A stretch of 22,782 nucleotides of DNA, from positions 15,115 to 37,896 of the forward strand of contig DAOOON010000004.1 of NCBI GenBank assembly GCA_035387745.1, read 5' to 3'. The notes beneath the pieces were generated by a model, which worked only from the letters and a program-made list of their open reading frames with translations, did not search any database and was not told the DNA's origin. A program made the translations under genes and the position numbers. Below are positions 15,734 through 22,782 of this stretch, one piece after another. Position 1 is the first letter of the stretch. Every line of letters starts with the position of its first letter. Origin of the DNA: an archaeon. Lineage in GTDB: Archaea; Iainarchaeota; Iainarchaeia; Iainarchaeales; CSSED10-239.

Positions 15734-16306
15734 TCACAATTGGCAATGTTCTTCTTCACAATCGCAGTCTTCTTCTCCGCAATCACAATGTTCTTCGTGT
15801 TCTTCTCCACATTCTCCTTGACAATGTGAACAATCACTATCGCAAGCCTGTGATAACATTTTATCCATCTCTTCTGCTTCTTCTTTTGAAAGAATCTCTA
15901 ATAGTTTAATTTTAAAAATTAAATTTTTCCCAGCAAGTGGATGGTTCAGTATTGCATCAATTGTAGTTTCTTCAATCTTAATAATATCTATTGCTAGTGG
16001 TCCCATACCAGACATTACAATAATTTCTTTTCCTTCTTGTAAATCGCTAATTCCGGATAAAAGCTCTTTAGGCAATTTTGCAACTTCTGTGTTTTTTTCA
16101 CCATAGCCTTCTTTTGGAGAAACTTTTATTTCTTTTTCTTCACCAACTTCCATTCCAATTATTCCATTATTAAACCCAGGAATTACCATTCCAATACCTA
16201 CTTTAAATTTAAGTGGTTCTCTACCTTTACTGGAATCAAAAACTTGACCATCACTTAAAGTTCCTTCGTATTCAACTGATACCCAATCATTTTCTTTAAC
16301 ACTCAT
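15734..16306 (-). CDS. slyD: FKBP-type peptidyl-prolyl cis-trans isomerase, SlyD-like, with a Cys/His/Glu-rich metal-binding tail
   Basis: VSVEYEGTLSDGQVFDSS...PLKFKVGIGMVIPGFNNGIIGMEVGEEK (FKBP core), an inserted flap region, and HPLAGKNLIFKIKLLEI. The tail is CDSDCSHCQGECGEEHEEHCDCGEEDCDCEEEHCQL. Confidence 0.85.
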   Translation of the reverse strand: MSVKENDWVSVEYEGTLSDGQVFDSSKGREPLKFKVGIGMVIPGFNNGIIGMEVGEEKEIKVSPKEGYGEKNTEVAKLPKELLSGISDLQEGKEIIVMSGMGPLAIDIIKIEETTIDAILNHPLAGKNLIFKIKLLEILSKEEAEEMDKMLSQACDSDCSHCQGECGEEHEEHCDCGEEDCDCEEEHCQL

Positions 16307-16380
16307 TTTCTTTCAGCTCCTTTTCTAAAAATAGAATATTATATATTATGAGACAAATGTATTATAAAAGAAATAGATAA

Positions 16381-16412
16381 AAATAAAAAAAGGACCTGCA
16401 AAGGATTGCAGG
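16381..16412 (-). terminator. Intrinsic-terminator-like hairpin plus T-tract
   Basis: Minus strand: CCTGCAA-TCCT-TTGCAGG (7-bp stem, 16395-16412) followed immediately by TCCTTTTTTTATTT. It lies 10 nt downstream of the stop at 16423. Confidence 0.65.
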
Positions 16413-16422
16413 AATGTATTAT

Positions 16423-16608
16423 TTATTTCTTCATTTTATACATTATGAAATAAACTATTGCTGTTAAAATACTAAATATTATTGCAGCGATTGTCCAAAT
16501 AATTTTTATTTCGGTTTTTAATTTTTTGTTATTAGTAAATACATCATATATTACCCATATTGCACAAATTAATGCAACAATTCCTATTATCGTATTTAAT
16601 ACTTCCAT
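16423..16608 (-). CDS. Small two-TM membrane protein (61 aa), PLD-nuclease-N-terminal-like (PLDc_N) family
   Basis: Two hydrophobic helices separated by IWVIYDVFTNNKKLKTEIKIIW. This W-x-x-x-D-V...K-x-x-W pattern resembles the short PLDc_N membrane domain. It has its own terminator. Confidence 0.45.
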   Translation of the reverse strand: MEVLNTIIGIVALICAIWVIYDVFTNNKKLKTEIKIIWTIAAIIFSILTAIVYFIMYKMKK

Positions 16609-16696
16609 TTTTATTACCCCCGTTTTTAAAAATACTAATATAATTTACTGAAGAATAATGTTTTTAAAGGGTTTTATTCCTTTGTTTTTATTAATT

Positions 16697-17218
16697 TTAT
16701 ATCTTTAACAAATAATAATTTACAATTCTGCCATCATTTATGCTCTTGTCTTTCTTTATAAATTTTGAGCCAGATTCTAACATATTGTTTATGGAATATT
16801 TATTTTCTGGATGTGCGGAATGTAAAAAATATTTCTTGCCTTTCTTTTTTAAATATTCTATTCTTTTTTTTATTAGAAACTTCTGAATACCATAGCCTCT
16901 AAACTTAGGAGAAACCGCTGTTGCGATTAAAACACTTGATTTGGATAATTGTTTTTCTGTAAAATTATAGATTTTTGCATAAAACGGCTCGGCTTTTATT
17001 TTTATCCCTGCCCAAGCAACCAATTGTTTATCAAAAAACACAAGCATTATTTTTCTGTCTTTTGAAATCATATTTTTAAGTATTTCTTTTGTGTGCCTAA
17101 AATAAAAATCATGGTTTACTTGTCTATAGATATTAATATCAAATTTATTGATGATGTCAATATCTTTCTCAGTAGCAAAACGATAAGTAAAGATTTTATC
17201 TTTTAGTTTTACTTTCAT
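16697..17218 (-). CDS. GNAT-family N-acetyltransferase (173 aa)
   Basis: VSPKFRGYGIQKFLIKKRIEYLKKKG is the acetyl-CoA-binding R/Q-x-x-G-x-G/A motif, set in typical GNAT beta-alpha topology. Confidence 0.7.
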   Translation of the reverse strand: MKVKLKDKIFTYRFATEKDIDIINKFDINIYRQVNHDFYFRHTKEILKNMISKDRKIMLVFFDKQLVAWAGIKIKAEPFYAKIYNFTEKQLSKSSVLIATAVSPKFRGYGIQKFLIKKRIEYLKKKGKKYFLHSAHPENKYSINNMLESGSKFIKKDKSINDGRIVNYYLLKI

Positions 17219-17823
17219 GTGATTTCAATAATTTCTTTTTTAGTTTATTATAATTAAATTCTTTATTTAATAATTCATAATAATATGCATTTCTAAATTT
17301 ACCATAGATTACAACTTCGTCTCTAAAATAACCTTGTTGTTTAAACCCAAACTTTGCAATGTGCTTTTGGCTTCTTATGTTGTCTATTAAAACCATAGAA
17401 TTGATTTTGTGTAATTTCAAATCTTTAAACGCAAGCTTAAAGATTTCAAGTCTTGCTTCTGCCATTAATCCACTACCCCAATACTTTCTTGAAATCCAAC
17501 TTCCACTTTCGCAATTCTTGTTTCTAAAATGAATATTATTTAATGATTCAACGCCAATTATCTTCTTGTCTTTCTTATGCAATAATCCAAAGATAAGTGT
17601 TGGTGTTGATTTCTTTAAATTCTTTTTTTGCATCTTTAATAAATTTAGTAGCATCACTCATTTTGTAAGGCCAAGGAATTATCCAAATTTGTTTAGAAAA
17701 TATTTTATCTTGCATTGCTTGATAAATATCATTAGCATCGCTTAGTTTTAATGGTCTTAAGATTAGGTGCTTTGTTTCAATCTTATAGTTTTTATATTTT
17801 AAAAAAAATTCTTGATTTTTCAT
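17196..17823 (-). pseudogene. RimJ/RimL-like GNAT acetyltransferase interrupted by a 1-nt frameshift
   Basis: Track ORFs 17575..17823 (N-terminal part, ...HLILRPLKLSDANDIYQAMQD...) and 17196..17657 (C-terminal part, ...IIGVESLNNIHFRNKNCESGSWISRKYWGSGLMAEARLEIFKLAF...) are consecutive parts of one Acetyltransf_3-type protein in frames offset by 1. The overlap contains an A7 run (T7 on the + strand, 17623-17629). Confidence 0.7.
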
Positions 17824-17876
17824 ATTTTATATAATTTACAAAGCATTTAAAATTATAAGTGTTATTACTATTAACT

Positions 17877-18719
17877 ATGATTGCACAAAACTTGTATGAT
17901 AAACTAGAAATTGACTTTATATTAAGACGTGGATTAACTGATGATTGGAAAGAGATTGGAACTGAAAAGTATTTATCTCCAAACTTTAAGAAAAGATCTA
18001 TGGGAATAGTCTATGATTTCTCAGAAGATATAAAAAAAGTATATACTGCTGTTTTCCCTGAAGATTCTGTAATAAAGAAAATACTTGCAAAGAAAGAAAC
18101 TGATGTACTATTGTTTGTGCATCATCCAATGACGTGGGATATTACTAAAAAACCAATATTTACTTCAATCTCAGAAAAGGATTTAAAAATATTTAAAGAA
18201 AGAAGAATATCTGTATATAATCTCCATGTTCCTTTGGATAATTTTGGGAGATACTCAACAACAAACACACTTGCAAAAGAACTTGGGGTTAAAGTTGAAA
18301 CTCAATTTGCGCCTTATTTTGGGGCAAGATGCGGAGTTATTGGAACAATAGATACTGATAAAGTTTCAGATATAATAAAAAGATTTGAAAAAGCAGTTGG
18401 ACATAAAATCAAATTTTACAAATACGGTTTAGAAAAAATCAAAGACAAAAGAATTGCACTTGTAGCAGGTGGTGGAAATAATCTTGATATTCTAAAGACA
18501 ATACCAAAAGGCATAAATCTTTATGTTACAGGAATTACTGTAAAGAACGACCATTCCCAAAAAGCACACGAATACTTAAAAGAAAAGAAAATCAATCTTC
18601 TTGGTGGAACACACTACTCAACAGAAAAGTTTGCTTGTATAGCAATGGTTGAATACTTTAAGAAACAAGGGTTGCCATCAGAATTTATTGAAGGAAAACC
18701 AGTGCTGGAAGATATTTAA
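17877..18719 (+). CDS. Nif3-family dinuclear-metal-centre protein (YbgI / GTP cyclohydrolase 1 type 2 homologue)
   Basis: LLFVHHPMTWD, YNLHVPLDN and GGTHYSTEKF are the conserved metal-ligand motifs of the NIF3 family. The ATG at 17877 is preferred over the track's GTG at 17859. Confidence 0.8.
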   Translation: MIAQNLYDKLEIDFILRRGLTDDWKEIGTEKYLSPNFKKRSMGIVYDFSEDIKKVYTAVFPEDSVIKKILAKKETDVLLFVHHPMTWDITKKPIFTSISEKDLKIFKERRISVYNLHVPLDNFGRYSTTNTLAKELGVKVETQFAPYFGARCGVIGTIDTDKVSDIIKRFEKAVGHKIKFYKYGLEKIKDKRIALVAGGGNNLDILKTIPKGINLYVTGITVKNDHSQKAHEYLKEKKINLLGGTHYSTEKFACIAMVEYFKKQGLPSEFIEGKPVLEDI

Positions 18720-18785
18720 TTCTCTTATTAATTATATCTAATTAAATATCGAAAATATATATAAATTATATTGTAATATATATTT

Positions 18786-21248
18786 ATGATGATTATGAAT
18801 AGGTGTTTTTTATTATTGTTTTTTTTAGTATTGCTAATTGGAAATGTTTATGCAATTACAATTAATGAAATAACAATAACTCCTGATCTAGATATATCTT
18901 ATTTTGGAAGATACCAAATTGATGCAAATATTACAGAGTATTCTGGAAACGACGTTAATCTTTTAGTTTCTGCAATCAATGGGGATGGTGGAACGTGTTG
19001 GGATTATTTTGTGGATGGTACTTGCTCAAGCGAAACGCCTTCAACTTACTCTATGGATTATAATGAAACAACTGGTTTTTGGCACTATGATAGAGTATAT
19101 CCTGACACCATCTATCCTGAAATTATATTTATTGATTCTCCAACAAATTGGAATAACGCTCCCTCATGGGTAAATCTATGGAGACAAAATTATCATATCT
19201 TTAAAATGTATAATAGTTTTGAAATGGATTCAAACATGAATCTATGGATTGAATTTAATACTGAACCAGTAAGCACAAATAATTCAGGAGATCTTTTTGT
19301 TTATGTTGTGGGAGCTGGCGTTCCATTAAGTTATTTTACAAGCGATTGGAGAGATGATTCAAATACACAACTTGTTGGAACGATTTCAAGGAATACGGCA
19401 TTTAACCACGATCACACACCTTCAACACATTATGTAAGACATCATCTGATTCCAATAACTGCAAACCCTGATGGTACAATTGGAACAAATCATGTTAATA
19501 TATCTGATGGCAATTTCTATATTGTTCTTTATCAAGACTCCACAGCAACGAATAGAGGTTGGAATCTTGCATATAAACCAACAAGTCTTTGTGATAACAC
19601 CGACAATTGGTTTACAGCAAACAGAACAGGAGGAAACTGGAACCTACCGATTCATAGATCTGGCTGTTCAGACGCTCACATTCATTTTGCAAGAAGAGAA
19701 ACTTACAATGATGGAGTAAATTTAGAAGTGACTGCTGTTGATGGAGAAGACATTACAACTCTTGATGTAAACTATTATTTTGCAGAACTACCAAACCTTG
19801 CACCAAACGAAACTTCTTTTATCACACCAATTCCTTTAGCAACATACGACACTAATTCCATAGAACTTTCTTGGAATCCTGCAACTGATCCAAATAATGA
19901 TGATTTGACTTATGATATCAATTATATGGATAGCGACGGAAATATATTTGTAATTGATAACAATTTTACAGACACAAACATTTCTTGGGACGTTTCTGCA
20001 CTAGAAGATGGAAATTATTTAATTCTTGGAAGTGTTTGTGATACTGAACCACTATGTACGGACTTTAATCTAAGTGATTATTTCTATATTAATCGTTCTG
20101 AACCAATCTATTCTCTTTCAACAATCACAATTGCGTCAAATTATTTTTATACAGACTATGCAAAAGTTGGAAGCCAAATAAATTTGTCTTTTATTTCTAC
20201 AGGAACATTATCAGAAGACCTAAATGTGATTTTCTATGCAAATGGTGTAGAAGTAACTGGAGACATAAATGTTACAAATAATACAAATGATTACAATGCA
20301 ACTTATGTTATACAGGAAGAAGACGATGATGGCATTGTTGGCTTTACAATAAGTGCAACTAATCTTGACTATGATTATTTTGATACAACAGATGATTCTT
20401 ATGTGACAATAGATAACACTATTGCAGATCAAGACCAAGACAACATCCCTGATGCAAATGATACTTTTGTTGGGAGTTTAGGTATTGTTGAAACAGAAGG
20501 AATTGATGATTTAAATATCACAATTGATGACGACACAAATATTGTAGGAATATTTACTGGTGTACAAACCATAAAAATTTATGACGCCCAAACACCAATT
20601 TTGGAATTTGATCATAACTTTTCAGAAAGCACACTTGATTTATCTGTAATAAAAATTATTAAAACAAATGCAGGCGTGGTTGTTGACTTAAACGGGCAAC
20701 TTCAAGAAGACCAGAACAAAACACTTTATCTTGAAAATAATAATTTTATTTCGCTTTGTGTAGAAAATGAAGCAATAACTTCAATTTCAGACATTAGTTC
20801 TAATTGCTTGGATGCTAACGAATATGATTTTACTGAATGCTTAAGCGAAAGCTATTCTAGTAACGGAATAGATTGTGTTCTAAATGGAAACCTAATAACA
20901 GTAAGTAATCTTAGATATTCAGGAATACTTGGAACAGTAAGAACAACAAGTGGTGGAAATTCTATTTCAAAAGAGGCAGATGATACAGAAGAGATTATTT
21001 CTGAAATAAACACCGACACAGAAAATACAGACAATAATCCAATTATTGTTACGCCAGAAGATAAAGACCCAGAATATAATGTGGTCTCCTCTGATAGCCC
21101 AGATTATAAACCAAATGATGAAATGCCACCAATAGATTACTCTAGAAAAAGCAAAAACACAACAACCATTTGGATAATTACCTATTTTATTTGTGCCTTA
21201 ATAATTGGTATAACAATATATCTATTCACTAAAATAAGATACAGATAA
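18786..21248 (+). CDS. Large secreted, C-terminally anchored surface protein (820 aa) with an FN3-like module, a thrombospondin-type-3-like Asp-rich repeat and an uncharacterised Trp/Cys-rich N-terminal domain
   Basis: Signal peptide MNRCFLLLFFLVLLIGNVYA. ELSWNPATDPNNDDLTYDINY is FN3-like. DQDQDNIPDANDTF is a Ca-binding TSP3-like repeat. An acidic, Thr-rich stalk precedes the C-terminal TM TIWIITYFICALIIGITIYLF, followed by TKIRYR. Confidence 0.6.
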   Translation: MMIMNRCFLLLFFLVLLIGNVYAITINEITITPDLDISYFGRYQIDANITEYSGNDVNLLVSAINGDGGTCWDYFVDGTCSSETPSTYSMDYNETTGFWHYDRVYPDTIYPEIIFIDSPTNWNNAPSWVNLWRQNYHIFKMYNSFEMDSNMNLWIEFNTEPVSTNNSGDLFVYVVGAGVPLSYFTSDWRDDSNTQLVGTISRNTAFNHDHTPSTHYVRHHLIPITANPDGTIGTNHVNISDGNFYIVLYQDSTATNRGWNLAYKPTSLCDNTDNWFTANRTGGNWNLPIHRSGCSDAHIHFARRETYNDGVNLEVTAVDGEDITTLDVNYYFAELPNLAPNETSFITPIPLATYDTNSIELSWNPATDPNNDDLTYDINYMDSDGNIFVIDNNFTDTNISWDVSALEDGNYLILGSVCDTEPLCTDFNLSDYFYINRSEPIYSLSTITIASNYFYTDYAKVGSQINLSFISTGTLSEDLNVIFYANGVEVTGDINVTNNTNDYNATYVIQEEDDDGIVGFTISATNLDYDYFDTTDDSYVTIDNTIADQDQDNIPDANDTFVGSLGIVETEGIDDLNITIDDDTNIVGIFTGVQTIKIYDAQTPILEFDHNFSESTLDLSVIKIIKTNAGVVVDLNGQLQEDQNKTLYLENNNFISLCVENEAITSISDISSNCLDANEYDFTECLSESYSSNGIDCVLNGNLITVSNLRYSGILGTVRTTSGGNSISKEADDTEEIISEINTDTENTDNNPIIVTPEDKDPEYNVVSSDSPDYKPNDEMPPIDYSRKSKNTTTIWIITYFICALIIGITIYLFTKIRYR

Positions 21249-21306
21249 CACTAGAAAAGACCATATTTAAAAAGCTTATGTTCATCTATATTACTATAAA
21301 TTATAT

Positions 21307-21313
21307 AGGTGAT
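21307..21313 (+). promoter_or_regulatory. Shine-Dalgarno-like AGGTGAT upstream of the non-canonical prs start
   Basis: AGGTGAT is complementary to the conserved 3' end of 16S rRNA (GAUCACCUCC). It lies 5 nt upstream of ATA at 21319. Confidence 0.4.
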
Positions 21314-21318
21314 TAACT

Positions 21319-22200
21319 ATAATTGTTGCTTGCTCAGGAACAGAAAAAATCGCAAAAGAAATTGCAAAAAAACTTAATCTTTCTTTTTCTAAAATCCAAA
21401 CTACAAAGTTCCCAGATGGAGAAATTGATGTTACTTTTGGAAAAGACTTAAAGGGCAAAGACGTTTTTATTGTACAGAATTTTCAAAACACTAAAAGTCT
21501 AACATTAAATGACAAGATTGTTGAAACCTTGTTTGCAATATACACTGCAAGAGACCTAAAAGCAAAAAGAATATATCTGATTGCCCCATACTTTCCATAC
21601 TTTAGAAGCGACAAGAGGTTTAGAGATGGAGAATGTGTTTCAATAAAAGTTATGAATAAACTTTTTGAGGGCTGCGATAAGATCTTCTGTGTTGATCCTC
21701 ATCTTCATAGAATCAAAAATATAAAAAACGCATTATCTAATGGCATAGAAATTAATCTTGACGAGCCAATTATTGAATATCTTAAAAAGAAAAAAATACA
21801 AAAACCAATCTTTGTTGGACCAGACATCGAGAGTTTACAGTGGGTTGTTAATGTGGCTAAAGCATTTAAAGAAAAGCCAGTAGTTGCTTTAAAGGAAAGG
21901 AAAAGCGCAAGGGAAGTTGTGATTTCTTTACCTAAGATAAAGAGCGCAAAAGGCAGAGACATAATTATCATTGATGATATTATTAGTACTGGCCACACCA
22001 TAATTGAAAATATTAAACAACTTAAGAAATACGAACCACGAAAATTCTATGTTATTGGAATACATGGTGTCTTTGTTGAAGGCGCATTATCTAAACTTAA
22101 GAAACATTGTTTTGTGGCATCAACTAACACTCTTGATAATTCTGCAGAAAAGATTGATGTATCTAGCCAGATTGCAAAAATTGTAAGGAAGAATATATGA
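21319..22200 (+). CDS. prs: Ribose-phosphate pyrophosphokinase (PRPP synthetase), archaeal type, with a probable ATA (or ATT at 21322) start codon
   Basis: The track ORF (21529..22200, TTG start) omits 70 in-frame upstream codons that encode the conserved N-terminal domain: (I)IVACSGTEKIAKEIAKKLNLSFSKIQTTKFPDGEIDVTFGKDLKGKDVFIVQNF...NDKIVETL. The PRPP-binding loop DIIIIDDIISTGHTI is present. An in-frame TGA at 21310-21312 limits the N-terminus. Confidence 0.8.
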   Translation: MIVACSGTEKIAKEIAKKLNLSFSKIQTTKFPDGEIDVTFGKDLKGKDVFIVQNFQNTKSLTLNDKIVETLFAIYTARDLKAKRIYLIAPYFPYFRSDKRFRDGECVSIKVMNKLFEGCDKIFCVDPHLHRIKNIKNALSNGIEINLDEPIIEYLKKKKIQKPIFVGPDIESLQWVVNVAKAFKEKPVVALKERKSAREVVISLPKIKSAKGRDIIIIDDIISTGHTIIENIKQLKKYEPRKFYVIGIHGVFVEGALSKLKKHCFVASTNTLDNSAEKIDVSSQIAKIVRKNI

Positions 22201-22640
22201 CTGAGAAATATTTTTTAGCTAGCGATCACGCAGGCTTTGAGCTTAAAGAAAAGATTAAAGAATATCTAAAGACTTCAAAACTTGACTTTCAAGACCTTGG
22301 CCCAAAGACATACAACCCAGAAGACGACTATAACGACTATGCAAAAAAAGTTGTTAAGAAGATTAAAGAAAATAAAAATCATTTTGGGATACTTGTTTGT
22401 GGAACAGGGCAAGGCATGTCAATTCAAGCAAACAGATATTCTGGAATAAGATGTGCACTTTGCTGGAATAAAGAAATTGCAAGGCAAGCAAAAGAGCATC
22501 TTAACACTAATATTATTTCTATGCCTGGAAAATACATAAATATAAAGACTGCAAAAGAAATAATTGAGATTTGGAGAAAAACAAAAACCTTGAGTTTAGA
22601 AAAACACAAAAGAAGAATAAACAAATTGGAGATATTATGA
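22197..22640 (+). CDS. rpiB: Ribose-5-phosphate isomerase B (RpiB/LacA/LacB family)
   Basis: LASDHAGFELKEKIKEYL, GILVCGTGQGMSIQANR, IRCALCWN and the ISMPG segment match RpiB. Its start overlaps the prs stop (ATGA). Confidence 0.88.
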   Translation: MTEKYFLASDHAGFELKEKIKEYLKTSKLDFQDLGPKTYNPEDDYNDYAKKVVKKIKENKNHFGILVCGTGQGMSIQANRYSGIRCALCWNKEIARQAKEHLNTNIISMPGKYINIKTAKEIIEIWRKTKTLSLEKHKRRINKLEIL

Positions 22641-22782
22641 AACTACAATTAGCACTTGATGTCACAGATAAGAAAAAAGCCTTAGAGCTTTGTAAAAAAA
22701 TTAGTAAATATATAGATATTATAGAGCTTGGAACACCTTTTATCAAGATCTATGGACTTAATGGTTTAGTTAAAGACTTTAA
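22637..22782 (+). CDS. hps: 3-hexulose-6-phosphate synthase-like (OMP-decarboxylase fold) protein, N-terminal fragment running off the window
   Basis: Hand translation gives MKLQLALDVTDKKKALELCKKISKYIDIIELGTPFIKIYGLNGLVKDF. MKLQLALD... and D-I-I-E-x-GTP are the N-terminal hallmarks of HPS/KGPDC-type enzymes. The ATG overlaps the rpiB stop (ATGA). Confidence 0.65.
   Translation, partial: MKLQLALDVTDKKKALELCKKISKYIDIIELGTPFIKIYGLNGLVKDF

Noticed and set aside
15422-15829. 135-aa + strand ORF spanning the serS 5' end, the intergenic region and the FKBP tail
   Set aside because: Low-complexity Phe/Ser-rich translation, antisense to two well-supported genes and crossing their intergenic terminator. 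No motifs.
17859-17876. GTG start at 17859 for the Nif3 gene (track ORF MLLLLTMIAQ...)
   Set aside because: The ATG at 17877 gives an N-terminus (MIAQNLYDKLE...) typical of the Nif3 family. The six extra codons are hydrophobic filler. I kept the ATG, but the choice cannot be settled from sequence alone.
19630-19660. GGNWN peptide (ANRTGGNWNLP) in the 820-aa surface protein, resembling the TR-encoded RGGNWNN; considered as a second VR
   Set aside because: Nucleotide identity is limited to about 9-14 nt (AACTGGAAC core), with no flanking similarity to the 114-nt TR. It is not at the protein's C-terminus and is on the opposite strand. It is best explained by chance.

Overview
This is an AT-rich chromosomal fragment with only local GC-rich islands. 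It most likely comes from a small-genome, DPANN-like archaeon. Three things point that way: an archaeal class III (pilin-type) signal peptide, a PRPP synthetase N-terminus like that of Methanocaldococcus, and a prs-rpiB-hps pentose cluster. All calls come from hand translation, hand alignment and recalled family motifs; no searches were run.

Housekeeping genes fill most of the window: a trkH fragment, tRNA-Arg(CCU), adk, smc, a NYN/LabA gene, serS, a SlyD-like FKBP, GNATs, Nif3, prs, rpiB and an hps fragment. Three large secreted, membrane-anchored surface proteins are also present.

The main feature is a complete, apparently active diversity-generating retroelement (DGR) on the minus strand at 10561-14225. 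In the direction of transcription it runs:
- target gene, with its variable region (VR, 12887-13000) in the last ~40 codons
- a GC-rich 3' island with a 13-bp hairpin and 4-nt loop
- two tandem Avd-like four-helix-bundle genes
- the template repeat (TR, 11821-11934)
- a 231-nt spacer
- a reverse transcriptase carrying IGNLTSQ and YVDD motifs

TR and VR align without gaps over 114 nt and differ at 19 positions. Seventeen of those lie at TR adenines, and 12 of 13 Asn AAY codons are recoded. The diversified protein joins an archaeal type IV pilin-like N-terminus to an FGE-sulfatase/C-type-lectin-fold domain.

Secondary observations:
- a ~172-bp tandem duplication abutting the RT stop codon; it copies the promoter, a leader hairpin and the first 18 codons of the NYN gene
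- an (AT)18 microsatellite just upstream of the DGR target gene
- a GNAT gene split by a frameshift at an A7 homopolymer
- a prs gene that must start at a non-canonical ATA or ATT codon
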